DNA of 64,000 nt from Eledone cirrhosa (GCA_964016885.1 OZ024741.1:176638001-176702000), one strand, 5' to 3'; counted from the stretch's first letter, positions 13,129 to 26,904 are shown. Numbers and translations are program-made. The notes: generated by a model not told the origin, from the letters alone.

Positions 13129-15263
13129 ATACTTGGGGAGGGTCATATTTGTGTAATATTGCCAGGATTAATAACAGAACACACTCACTGTTTGGTTGGT
13201 TTTCGCTTCTCGCTTCTGTGTCTTTTATATCGATAATCTAACTTACTCGGTTCTCAATGTTGCCATTGACTGACCGACGGTCAAAAATAATACAGATACA
13301 ATATAGACACAAAAACATATATATAGTTTATCATAAATCTTTCGTTGCACATCTGCAACATCGTCAGTGGTGTTATATTATCCTCCTGTTGTATTGTATG
13401 TCTACGCCATTTTTATTCAGTCTGTCTATATATTTATTTATTTATTTATTTGCTTATTTGTTTATTTTATTTTGTCTTCTTTGCGCATGCGTTTGCTGTA
13501 TAGTGTTTTGTTTGCTGTGTGAGGGGTGACTAGTGTGTGTTTATGTGCTTGTTGTTATTGTGCTTGTGTATGTATTTATTTATTTATTTATTTAATTTAT
13601 TTACTTATTTATTTATACTTCTCTTAGGTCAGTGTTGTTTGTTTGCGTGTTGTTGTTATTCCATTCATACTTTCTGTTTAGCCTTGGTCTTCTAATTTCT
13701 ATTTCACTGGCCTCTCTGATTTGCCTATCTGCTGTGTTAGACACAGAACTCTGGATTAACACTATAGACGAAAGAGCCCAAATTCTCCACTGACACTATG
13801 CTAAACCCATGGCCTCCAAATATCTGATACTCAAAAACTCAGCAATGTCCAGTAGTGCTAAGTTTAATATTCTGATCGCAGATTTGGTACGAGTAATGAA
13901 GAATGTGTCCCGCATGTGCGACCCAACAGAAATGGAAAGACACATCCAACACTTCATCAATCGCATGCAGTTCTCTGGCTACAACCAAGGAGACAGAGTC
14001 AGAGTATACGAAGGAGCCATGGCGAAGTATAAAACCCTCATAGAACTGGACATGAAAGGAATTTGCCCATTATACAGGAGCAAATCATGGAATAGTTTAG
14101 ATAGGGCTAGACATAACATAGGGAAAGCCACCTCATGGTACGACAACCAGAGATACCAGAGTGTCATGTTTGTGGACGCTACCCCTGGTGGGAAATTAGC
14201 TAACCAGTGTAGAAAGGCCCTGAGAAAGACCCACTTAAAAATAAAGGTGGTAGAAAAGCCAGGAACCACCATAAAATCCCTGATCAGCAAAACCTACCCT
14301 TTTACTAAAACCCACTGTACCAATAGGAAATGTATCATATGTAAGGTGAACCCCCGGTAAACTGTAACACTAGAAACGTAGTCTATAGCATAAGATGTAC
14401 AGAGGGTACCTGCAGAAACATGACAACAACATACATAGGTGAGACAGCTTGTAGCATAGGTGAAAGGATAGACCAACACTGGGACGAACTAAAAGGACTA
14501 AAAAACGGGTCAGTACTATACGAACATGCTAGACAACAACATGACGGTAACATAGACAACATTGAAATTAGAATAATATCTAAACATAGAAATGACCCAG
14601 CAAATAGGCAAATCAGAGAGGCCAGTGAAATAGAAATTAGAAGACCAAGGCTAAACAGAAAGAATAAATGGAATAACAACAACACCCAAACAAACAACAC
14701 TGACCTAAGAGAAGTATAAATAAATAAGTAAATAAAATAAAATAAATAAATAAATAAATACATACACAAGCACAATAACAACAAGCACATAAACACACAC
14801 TAGTCACCCATCACACAGCAGACAAAACACTATACACACACGCAAACGCCTGCGCAAAGAAGACAAAATAAAATAAACAAACAAGCAAATATATAAATAA
14901 ATAAATATATAGACAGACTGAATAAAAATGTCGTAGACATTCAATACAACAGGAGGATAATATAACACCACTGACGATGTTGCAGATGTGCAACAAAAGA
15001 TTTATGATAAACTATATATATATATGTGTTTGTGTCTATGTTGTATATGTATTATTTTTGACCGTCGGTCAGTCAATGGCAACATTGAGGACCGAGTAAG
15101 TTAGATTGCCGATATAAAAGACACAGAAGCGAGAAGCGAAAACCAACCGAACAGTGAGTGTGTTCTGTTATTAGTCCTGGCAATATTACACAAATATGAC
15201 CCTCCCCAAGTATAACAATATTTGTTTCGACACACGATTTCATATAAAAAACCTCGCAAAACT
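13123..15263 (+). mobile_element. PLE family A tail-out insertion: inverted arm 13123-13733(-) plus sense copy 13734-15263(+)
   Basis: ORFs 13809-14360 (RT C-terminus) and 14420-14719 (GIY-YIG); arms are reverse complements; (TA)n on both sides. Confidence 0.92.
13330..13372 (-). ncRNA. minimal type I hammerhead ribozyme (family A, intact core)
   Basis: cacca-CTGACGA-tgttgcagatgtgcaac-GAAA-gatt-TA-tg. Confidence 0.7.
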
Positions 15264-15271
15264 ATATATAT

Positions 15272-15362
<91 letters not shown>

Positions 15363-15369
<7 letters not shown>

Positions 15370-16648
15370 ATACTTGGGGAGGGTCATATTTGCGTAATAT
15401 TGCCAGAATTAATAACAGAACACACTCACTGTTTGGTTGGTTTTCGCTTCTCGCTTCTGTGTCTTTTATATCGGCAATCTAACTTACTCGGTCCTCAATG
15501 TCAACCAGAGATATCAGAGTGTCATGTTTGTGGACGCCACCCCTGGAGGGAAATTAGCTAACCAGTGTAAAAAGGCCCTGAGAAAGACCCACTTAAAAAT
15601 AAAGGTGGTAGAAAAGCCAGGAACCACCATATAATCCCTGATCAGCAAAACCTACCCTTTTAAGAAAACCCACTGTACCAATAGGAAATGTATCATATGT
15701 AAGGTGAAACCCCGGATAAACTGTAAAACTAGAAACGTAGTCTATAGCATAAGTTGTACAGAGGGTACTTGCAGAAACATGACAACAACATACATAGGTG
15801 AGACAGCTCGTAGCATAGGTGAAAGGATAGACCAACACTGGGGGAACTATAAGGACGAAAAAACGGGTCAGTACTATACGAACATGCTAGACAACAACAT
15901 GACGGTAACATAGACAACATAGAAATTAGAATAATATCTAAACACAGGAATGACCCAGCAGATAGGCAAATCAGAGAGGCTAGTGAAATAGAAATTAGAA
16001 GACCAAAGCTAAACAGAAAGAATGAGTGGAACAACAACAACACCCAAACAAACAACACTGACCTAAGAGAAGTATAAATAAGTAAATAAATAAAATAAAA
16101 TAAAATAAGATAAATAAATACATACACAAGCACAATAACAACAAGCACATAAACACACACTAGTCACCCAGCAGACACAACAATATACATACTAGTCACA
16201 CAGCACACATAACACTATACACACACGCAAACGCATGCGCAAAGAAGACAAAATAAAATAAACAAACAAGCAAATAAATAAATAAATATATAGACAGACT
16301 GAATAAAAAATGGCGTAGACATACAACACAACAGGAAGAAAAAATATAACACCACTGACGATGTTGCAGATGTGCAACTAAAGATTTATGTAAATTATGT
16401 AAACTATATATATGTGTTTGTGTCTATATTGTATCTGTATTATTTTTGAGCGTCGGTCAGTCAATGGCAACATTGAGGACCGAGTAAGTTAGATCGCAGA
16501 TATAAAAGACAGCGAGAAGCGAAAACCAACCAAACAGTGAGTGTGTTCTGTTATTAATTCTTGCAATAATACGCAAATATGACCCTCCCCAAGTATAACA
16601 ATATCTGTTTCGACACACGATTTCATATAAAAAACCTCGCTAAACTAA
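15363..16648 (+). mobile_element. PLE family A tail-out insertion: short inverted arm 15363-15501 plus sense GIY-YIG/3' end
   Basis: Same termini as 13123-15263; flanked by (TA)n. Confidence 0.9.
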
Positions 16649-16658
16649 TTCATCGCCG

Positions 16659-16719
<61 letters not shown>

Positions 16720-16724
16720 ATATA

Positions 16725-18366
16725 TATAATAAATCAGGAAAGATGAGTGACACGGTTTCCTATACAAAAAAGGGTTTTAATCTCATTGCTGACAATTGTT
16801 TCTCTGAACTGGTAGGTCTAGAGATCGCTATCCCCTTATTTTCACGTTACTCGATCGCCAATACAAAGTTATAACCCGTCAGTTCATCGAAGCTTGCGAG
16901 AATGAAGAGAATATACAGGCATGAAAAGAATATACAGGCTCCTATATGTAGTAGTAATGGCATTCAGTAAGAACAATAACAACAATATCAACAATGTTAG
17001 CAATACATTATTTGAAATAATCACAATATCAATCTAGGTGGGAAGTATAGTATATCTATGAATTTAGCGTGTAAAACTAGTTGACATGAGGCAGATGTAT
17101 AAAATTGACATGTAAAAACTGTCGTAGGGTGTATTATATCAATTGTAAAGATAAGCTGGTGTTTTTAAACAATGTAGGTCAGGTGGTCGTAATAGTCGGT
17201 TTTTACCTGACCGATGAAGTGGGATTTGTGTTGTCTATATTAGATGAAAGAGCTGTCTATCTTTCTCATCCTCAATAGCATACAGGTATAAGACAACACT
17301 AACAAAGCTAAATAATGGGCAAATTAATACAGAGGTTTAGGAGGCAATATATATATATATATATATACACATATATATATATACACACACACGTGCACAC
17401 AAACATATATATATATACATACACACACACATGCAAATGCATACATACATACAAAGAGAAAACATGCTGACTATAATTATAGCAAGATGAAGGTAACATT
17501 CTGTTGTAGTAGTATTTTGAAATGTTCTTGGATTTAGGATCAAGTGATGACAGCAGCTGAGAAGAGATAAGTTTATGGGTTGATGAGGTACTTACAGACA
17601 TTAGTGTGATGTAGAACTAAGAAGGCTAGATTGTACTTAATGATTATATTTCTGTGGTGATTCGTGCAGAGTAGTGGGAATCCAAGTTGAAAGCTATGTT
17701 ACGTCGGTTCGATTCATCAGCCAGATAAAAACAGACTATTACGACCGCCTGACCTACATTGTTTAAAAACACCACTTATCTTTACAATTGATATAATACA
17801 CCCTACGACAGTTTTTACATGTCAATTTTATACATCTGCCTCATGTCAGCTAGTTTTACACGCTAAATTCATAGATATACTATACTTCCCACCTAGATTG
17901 ATGTGATTATTTCAAATAATTTATTGCTAACATTGTTGATATTGTTGTTATTGTTGTAACTAAATGCCATTACTACTACATATAGTAGCCTGTATATTCT
18001 TTTCATGCCTGTATATTCTCTTCATTCTCGCAAGCTCCGATGAACTGACTGGTTATAACTTTGTATTGGCGATCGAGTAACGTGAAAATAAGCGGATAGC
18101 GATCTCTAGACCTACCAGTTCAGAGAAACAATTGTCAGCAATGAGATTAAAAACCTTTGTTGTATTAGCAAACCGTGTCACTCTGCTTTTCTGATTTATT
18201 ATTACTCCAAGAGTTTACAACATGGGAATTACAGCGTACTCGCAGCATCACTATGGAAACGCCTTGTTGAGTCAAACTTAGCCAAGCGTTGATATCATCC
18301 ACTACCCGGAGTACCATAACTGGACTACACCTAAGTGGACTGCATATAACAATTATTTGTTATCCC

Positions 18367-18367
<1 letters not shown>
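16725..18367. mobile_element. non-coding inverted-repeat element (arms ~16725-17218 / ~17713-18202) carrying an HHR; PLE-terminus-like
   Basis: ~490-bp highly similar reverse-complement arms; right arm has ~165 extra nt; (TA)n flanks. Confidence 0.8.
18025..18146 (+). ncRNA. type I hammerhead, CCGAUGA core variant with extended stem II
   Basis: gct-CCGATGA-actgactgg...ccagttcag-a-GAAA-caattg-TC-agc; mutated inverted copy at ~16781-16900. Confidence 0.7.
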
Positions 18368-18444
<77 letters not shown>

Positions 18445-21400
18445 CGTTTCTGAATTGGCAACATGACCCTCCCAAAGTATAACAATATATATATATATAT
18501 GTATATATGTATATATATATACATATATATATATATAAGTATATATGTGCACATCTAAACAAACACCTACACACATAATACTATATAGGCATAGGCACTG
18601 AGACACGCACATACACACACATGCACACACATGTATTAGAGACAATATGTCTGTGACCAAAATTACGCATGGTAACGTTACCAACACTACTTCTCCAAAA
18701 TTGTGATTTTGATTAATATATATAATCACATTATTTCCCAAATTGCATGATTGGTGAATCATTTCCAAAAATACTTCGCAGATGAGAGTAGTTAGAAGTA
18801 AGAAATGGCATCTTATGGTATCTAATATAATATAGAATTTAGCAATACGAAAAACAATTGATACCAGCTATCTACTTCCATTGACAAACCTAATTTTGTG
18901 CGGATGCAATACCATGTTCTGTAAAGTACATTCGATGTTTGCTCGTTACTATTGCTTTTTGAAATGAGTCTAATGATGCATGTCAAGTCGAATCCCTTCT
19001 ACTCATTTCATATTGGTAAAACTCATTTCTAATAAGCGATTTTTCATGATACCTTAACGTTTGTTACTGACAAAAACTTAACAAAATTAATTAATTAATT
19101 ATAAAATATTACGTATTCAGAATTTCTACAGAAAAAATTATTCATAAAATTGATTATATTTCATTACATATCGCGATGAAGCCAGATGTTATCAATGCCA
19201 CGATAAAGTGTCCCGATAACCACTTTGAAAAACTTCACCAGTGACAGATAGATGTGGAGTCTTAGAATGAAAGAATACCCTTATTCACATTGCATAATAA
19301 AGTAAAGTAGATATGAATAAATGAATTTACTCATTACAAATGACTGTGTAATCTTCTAATCGTACCAGCAGACATTTCACGTGGCTCTCGAGAGACAATC
19401 ATGTATTTAAATTTGGCTCAGTTTTTTTTTATGAATGCCTGTGTGCAAGATAAGAGGTAAATAACTAAAATCGTATGAATTTCTATCGCACATCTTCTAA
19501 ATAACTGCATGTTCGATAAAGTGTTTGAAATATGTCGGTATACATTAATGTTTAGTGAAGTGAATGAACTGGCTGGTGTTAACAAATTGTACTCATAATT
19601 GGACTTGGTGATACCATATATTCAGACACAGAATCTATCTTGTACGAATAGCGAAATCACACTAGTTGTTACACCTTAGCAGAAGCTTTTCAAAAAAGAT
19701 AGAGTTGAATAAGATATTGGGATACTGGAGCAGCATTGAAACATTTTGTAGTTGTTAACGCTACTGTTGTTTAGCCTAGGCCTACCCTGAAGCTAGATAG
19801 CTTGGTTCATAAACTGGCATGACAATCGTCTTCGATTCAGTATAATTGTTCTTTCGGAGCAAATGCGAACGCTACGTTTAGTAATTCAAACTATCACAAA
19901 CATGCCTCTTTTCTGTTTGTAAACACTTCACTTATCTTTATTGTGGCAATGACAAATCAGACAGAGACAGAAACACAAGTCAGCGTTTATATTCATGTGA
20001 GGATACACTAACTACATGCAAATTAAAGTTTTGTCAATGATCTACTACTGCCTCTTATTTTAGCAATGATATATATATATATAAACCATCATAATATTTA
20101 TTTAGTACTAAGTGTGGTCTGAGGCAGTAAGTTTATTGGTTTTCAGATTAATTCAGCACCACTACCAGGGTATGAAAGCTAGACACTTTGGATGGTAACG
20201 TGACATACTATCGATTTAACTAGCTGTAAACCGAGTAAGCACTTACTAGAATTAATTTATATGTTATAAGTTAGAAGACTGTAAAGGCAAGGAAATTATA
20301 ACTCAATACTAATGTGTAACATAAAAATAACCTTGTTTAATGATTTTTATTGAATGTTATTACATATTATATAATCATTTTTCACCCTGCATCATGTATA
20401 GTTTTATGTGGCAAAATACTTCTAATAAGGAAGCTGATGTAAAAATATCTATAATGTAAACTAAACACTACCACATTTTCCCTCCCACGGCATATCAACT
20501 TCCCTAAGCAAGTGTCATCTCACACCGCCTCTTAAACCAATCCCTCCATGAATGTAAATAGCTAGAAGTAATTTCACACTATATATATATCAAAGATTTG
20601 TCTGAAGGAGGGAAGTAAAAATTTTAAAATATTGAGCAAGAGAAAGTATAGACTGTTTGTGAGTGAGAGTGGGGAGGAGGTGAGAGAGGTGGGGAGGTGG
20701 AGATATAGAAAGTGAAGGAGAGAGGAGAGTAAGAAATCGTGAGAGATGAGATAGAGAGAAAGGATGTAAGTAATTCTTCGGAAGAACCGGAGAGTGAAAG
20801 TAATAGAGATCGTAAAAGTATGATATAATGAGAGTGGGCTTCTGGTGGAAGAGAGAATAGTATAACTACTTGCTGTATCAGTAACTAACTATTTTTTCAT
20901 AACAAGTCATTGGAGCCGAAATTAGAAAAAGGAGGATGCCGGGAGTAGGCAAATAAGCGTTCTAATCTAGACAACATACACGTTCTAAAACTATACCACT
21001 GTGACCGACATGGGTTGTAGATTTAATCTGTCACCCGGTTAAATCCCCACCATCAGACATTTGCATGGATTTAGCGATTGCACTTTCTTGCAACCTTATC
21101 TTTCATCATTTCGAAGTCGACAAAATTTACCAGTCCATTCCTAGGATCGAATATTCTTCAATATCTTTTCCTCATCCCCTTAAACATTCTCTACAAGAAT
21201 TTGGCTTTGTTCAGACCTTGAAAGAAGGTGGTCGCCGCCAGGTGTAATGTGCGAAAGACACGTAGTATGTCACTACAGTGACCTTTCAGGTCCATCAAGA
21301 CTTACGTAGCACATTTTGGAACAGATTTCTGGTTTGAGGATAGCATAGTGTTTATTATCCTCTCTTCCGTCTGGGAAGTCCTGATGCTGTTAATATGCAC

Positions 21401-22530
21401 AACTCTATCCTCTCCTGGTTAAATATTACAAATATATTTCCTACATTAATAAAACTAACAGAAAAACGACCCTTTGGGTGGTTTTCTGCTAGCATGTGTA
21501 GTGTGTATATTGATATTATACGCAACTATATATGCATGTAGATATGATACATCAAATAAAACCGTAATTGACAATTTAGACAGAAATTGAACGAAGAATG
21601 TGTTACACTGTCTTATGTAATCAGTAATGCAATCCATGATACCTTAAAAAAAGATGATATCATATATAAACTACATTAGGAGAAAATTAGTGACAGAAAT
21701 ATAGGAATATTTATTTAAACGATCGCTAACTGGAAGTGTTGACATTTGAACATTTTAAAGAATCTTTAAATAAGTAATAAAATATATTTAAATAACAGCC
21801 ACGAAATTTAGTAGATAAATTATGTAATATTCATTCATTATTTATTCAAAGTAATCCAACTTATTTTACTAAGGGGATAAACAATATAAACCGTACGCAG
21901 TCCCGCGCTTCTTACTTTATTATAGTTTACATTGTAATCTTAATATTGTTGATTATTTCCAATGTGAAATACTAAAGTTAGCCGTTACTATTTTATATAA
22001 TTTCTCAACATTCTGAGGTAGATATGTTAAATATCTGACCCATCTCTTAGCCACAAGTCGATGGTCTATGATGAATTGTAAATAAATCGTTGCTGTGTCC
22101 ATGTTTCAAAGTTAGCAATCATAATCAAGATACCGGTTGGTGGGTTTATTTTGGGAAAGGTGTGCTTATCGGAGAAAACCTATTGATTTTGCTTTAAACA
22201 ATTTATACAACACACAAGTTAACTTATCTAGCTCCACATGTAATAATATAGATTATAATTTGATGGAATGTGATATATCTGAAATGGGTTTGATTATGCG
22301 TGTTCCAGTAGTTTCATTCACGCACATCCAGCTCATGAATGTGACTGAAAATCGTACAGACACCCGCATACACCCGCATCCACACACACGTCTAATAACT
22401 CTGTGGTAAACAGACGAAACTCCAGTCTAACAAGACTTACTTTGTAGCGTTAATGATAATGAGTATTAAAGCTCTACTTCGGTATTGAGTACTCGTTTTT
22501 CTCCGCTCTCAACCACACACACACACACAT

Positions 22531-22594
<64 letters not shown>

Positions 22595-22613
22595 ATGTAT
22601 ATATATATGACTG

Positions 22614-22697
<84 letters not shown>

Positions 22698-22781
22698 TAA
22701 ATGATGTCCTTAGAATTATTAGATAAAATATATACCATTTCCTCTCCCAATTAGCATAATTAACCATATAAAAAAAATAAA

Positions 22782-23679
22782 ATATCTTAATTCAAATACA
22801 TATAGTCTGCCTGTGTCGATCTAAAAAATAATAAATCAATACTCACAAACACATATCGGCAAAAAGGCCTTGGTACCTAGACACGTTTAAATTTCAAAAT
22901 ACAAACTTTTTCCGCAGATCAGTCCGAACTTCAAAATTTAAACATGTTTCACAAAGGATGGTATAATAGTGAAATAATTAATTATATGTGTTTGTGAGTA
23001 TTGATTTATTATTTTTTAGATCGACACAGGCAGACTATATGTATTTGAATTAAGATATTTCATTCTAGCTATTTTATTGTCAATTACAACAAAAACACGT
23101 AAGTGTTTATCATATATTAATTTATACTGCTCAGAAGTGATTCTTAGAGCTGAAATAATTGTAAATGACCCCATTGAGTGTAAACTCTAAGTTATATTAT
23201 ATTACTGCTCCCTCAGTTGAGCTGAATTTGTAATCCCATATAAACGGCTGTTATTTCTAGCACTATGAGTGTGGGAGGCTAGAGGACTGGAATAATTCGT
23301 GTGCAAAACCTCGTGTATGTTCGCTACGTTAACCAGACCGTAGATATTTTTCCGAGGTGAAGTTACTTAATTTATCTGGGTACCTATTGATAAACACAGA
23401 AAATTAATTATCTCACTACTAATTAATTAATTATTTCACTATTATACCATCCTTTGTGAAACATGTTTAAATTTTGAAGTTCGGACTGATCTGCGGAAAA
23501 AGTTTGTATTTTGAAATTTAAACGTGTCTAGGTACCAAGGCCTTTTGCCGATATGTGTTTGTGAGTATTGATTTATTATTCTTTAGATCGGCACAGGCAG
23601 ACTATATGTATTTGAATTAAGATATTTCATTCTAGCTATGTTATTGTCAATTACAACAAAAACACGTAAGTGTTTATCA

Positions 23680-23682
<3 letters not shown>
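22782..23682 (+). mobile_element. PLE-like pLTR relic with inverted (22782-22983 / 23428-23626) and direct (22984-23116 / 23551-23682) repeats
   Basis: Near-identical repeats; 23130-23680 is homologous to 59400-59820(-), the 3' UTR of a GIY-YIG PLE. Confidence 0.8.
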
Positions 23683-23737
<55 letters not shown>

Positions 23738-23812
23738 GTATATATATAACTGTATATATATATATATAAATATATATATGTATATATGTATATATATATA
23801 TGCATATGCATA

Positions 23813-23894
<82 letters not shown>

Positions 23895-24239
23895 AAATTA
23901 AATTAACGGTTGTCATGTCTGAGAGGCATGCGCGCCATATACACTGCAGAATAACCTCAAAGATTCCAATGAATAGATCCGACCATTTTTTATCAACTAG
24001 AAATAGATTGACATGTATATATATAAAATAAACATATGAAACAATCACATGGAATAATTTCTAAAGTGTGGTAGGTAGGTAACCAATTAAAGTTTAACTA
24101 GAACTTCAAATATAGATACCTTTTAAAATGATTAATCTCCTTTGTTTATATTTCTTTAAATAAAAATATATTTCACCAATTAATCGGTAAATCACAGTAG
24201 TCAAATTTCGGATGGTCACCAAAGGAGAAGATCCAACTA

Positions 24240-24342
<103 letters not shown>

Positions 24343-24359
24343 GTCAATCTATTTCTAGT

Positions 24360-24416
<57 letters not shown>

Positions 24417-24569
24417 AAAGTTAATCAAGGTTCAATGAATAGATCAAATAATGATGTTTGGATCTTCTCCTTTGGTGACCATCCGGGATTTGACTACTGT
24501 CATTTACCGATTAACTACCATGACTGAATCTTAACCATCTACTATGTCAGGGTATGTCATGCATCATCT

Positions 24570-24636
24570 TATTTTATCTGATGAGGACGTACTGTTGAAC
24601 TTAGCTCGGTACCTCTGAAATATATATAATAAAATA
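24570..24636 (+). ncRNA. type I hammerhead ribozyme
   Basis: tattttat-CTGATGA-ggacgtac..gtacctct-GAAA-tatata-TA-ataaaata (8-bp stem I). Confidence 0.8.
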
Positions 24637-24695
24637 TACTTCATCACAAGAATATTTAATTTGTTAATATTTTGAATTTATATATATATATATAT

Positions 24696-25395
24696 GTGAA
24701 AATTAGAGTTAAAACTCCAATTGGAACCCTGTAACTATTAAGCTCCAAGTATAAACATACTGAGCCGATTAATAATATATAGTAAGAAACACAGTAAACC
24801 GTGTGTCTAAAATTACAAGGGTTGAAAAACCACATTTGTTTGAAATATTTAACCAAGAAGCAGACAGAATGATAAAATAAAAATATATTATTATACAAAC
24901 CGCCTCAATAACCATTATATCTCTCGGACAGATTATCCCTAATCTGTTTCGCCCTGAGTGTGTTTGTAACAGATAATCCTGGGCATTATCAGCGAGAGAA
25001 TCTGATTAAATGCAACAAACACTATTTGCCAACGTTCACACAGAAAGATGAATTTGTCACCTCGTGCGCCGCTAGTCAAACGTGGTAAGCGCGCATTGAA
25101 TAGAAATAACAGTCCAACACACACAACTTAATAAGCTCAACTTGTGAGGGAGTAGAAATATATATGAAAATTAGATGATGATGCCCAGGATTATCTGTTA
25201 CAAACACACTCAGGGCGAAACAGATTAGGGATAATCTGTCCGAGAGATATAATGGTTATTGAGGCGGTTTGTATAATAATATATTTTTATTTTATCATTC
25301 TGTCTGCTTCTTGGTTAAATATTTCAAACAAATGTGGTTTTTCAACCCTTGTAATTTTAGACACACGGTTTACTGTGTTTCTTACTATATATTAT
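24696..25395. mobile_element. ~700-bp inverted-repeat element (arms 24772-24991 / 25177-25395) carrying an HHR
   Basis: Arms almost identical; left arm has a ~75-nt extension; (TA)n on both sides. Confidence 0.85.
24921..24998 (-). ncRNA. type I hammerhead with full stem III
   Basis: ctctcg-CTGATAA-tgccc..gggc-GAAA-cagatt agggat aatctg-TC-cgagag; the opposite arm (25175-25246) retains TGATGA. Confidence 0.8.
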
Positions 25396-25504
25396 ATATA
25401 TATATATATATATATGTATGTAAAATGTAAACAGAAATAACAACACAATCGGTATAGTATATGGGAGGAATATATTAGGTTAACGCTTGATATAGTAGGA
25501 AGAG

Positions 25505-25545
25505 GGTCTTAACATTCCGGACACTAGTCCTTCATCAGAAGAAAG
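25505..25545 (-). ncRNA. degenerate minimal hammerhead motif
   Basis: CTGATGA-a-ggac tagt gtcc-GGAA-tgtta; downstream ctactatatcaagcgt shared with ~10754-10769. Confidence 0.4.
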
Positions 25546-26578
25546 AATGAGAAATAAGATAGATTGAGGGGACGGGCGGGATGGAATTGGAAAAAAATAT
25601 CTTTAGATAAAAATAACACTTCCATTCATGTTGACATCTCACAATAGAATTTTTATGAAGATTCACCATGATAATGTGTTTGAGAAAGCAGACTTGTTAA
25701 AATAACAGATACAGCCCATCCGATGGGCTTCTAAACAACTTCACTTTACTCAGGTCCTCTCAATATTCATTGACCGACTGGATACTATGATAAATACCAC
25801 TGGCACGTAATGTGAGGCTGCAGGATCGAACCGGGGCTGTAATTATTACAAAGCGAATCTCTTAAAAGCGCGGTCGTACTATGTCTACATTTAATTTTTA
25901 GATGCGTAGGTATGTTCCAGTATATTCTCTGAATGAAACATAAGGATAACATAAGAATTTAGCGACTAAATTTAGTTGCAAACTAGTACTTGCTTCAGCT
26001 ATATTTATACTTCAACCCATGCCTTCTAAGCAAAGGAAATAACTTCAATCTTGGCAATCATTTGCTTCAAAAGCAACAACGACATAATTAAAAGTGTAGT
26101 TTCTTTTTCACACTCTTAAGACTATGTATTTCAACCAAACCCTTTGTCCAACCCGTATTTTCAACGATGTCGTTGTTATCATTTTCTCCCCTCCCATCAT
26201 CAATGTCTTTGTAATAACTTCTTGCTTATCAGTTAGAAATCTTTACATTTGAAAGATAGAAATGATAATTAGTCTTTTGTATAACTGATTCACTTATGCT
26301 GGGATACACGTTTGACAATAGCAACTGTTTAATTCCGTTGAATCTTTCAATAAACCAAAATCAATTGTTAAGTAATGGAACATTCATCAATATAACAGAG
26401 CGGTGACGTTACCGAAATATATTTGTTTTGCAGTATATACTTTACAGTGTTGTGCTGTGTCCCATTTCATTTTCGGTTAGCATCGTATTGGCTTCACGTT
26501 CGCTTACATCTATTGGTAAATTCAATAAAAACATTTACCACGAAGAGACATAACTGAAAGTCTAGTATTCAAGCCAAC

Positions 26579-26795
26579 ACTTCCATATGGCACGTAGTGA
26601 TATCTCAACGACAATTTCCACCTTCCACACAATATGAAATGATATCTCGATTGATATCTTCACCCTCGACACTGCACGAAATGATATCATAAGAGATATT
26701 TCTACCTTCCACATTTCACGAAGTAATATTTCAGTGGATATTTCTATTTTCAAGACAACACGAAGTGAGATTTCAATCCATCTTTCACACACCAT
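26579..26795. repeat. degenerate 42-bp tandem repeat, ~5 units
   Basis: Unit like ccttccacacaatatgaaatgatatctcgattgatatcttca; minus ORF shows 14-aa periodicity (WKVEIS..ISLR). Confidence 0.75.
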
Positions 26796-26904
26796 ATATT
26801 GAAAGACTACTTGAGCCTAAAGTGCAATGTAAAATAACCGAAATAATTATTTTTAAGTCGCTAAGAAATTAAATGCATCGTCTGCGAAAGAGTCTGTCCG
26901 TTCG

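Noticed and set aside
13791-13793. In-frame TGA as selenocysteine (some Naiad PLEs encode selenoproteins)
   Set aside because: The sister copy has TCA here, so it is a point mutation. The stop in the 54788 element is TAA, and I saw no convincing SECIS.
17690-17725. CTGATGA-atcg aac cga-cGTAA on the minus strand as a second HHR
   Set aside because: GAAA and stem I missing; lies at the arm junction and may be chance.
21000-21400. Moderately GC-rich segment, possibly an old LINE ORF1 or exon
   Set aside because: No open frame or motif I could identify with confidence.
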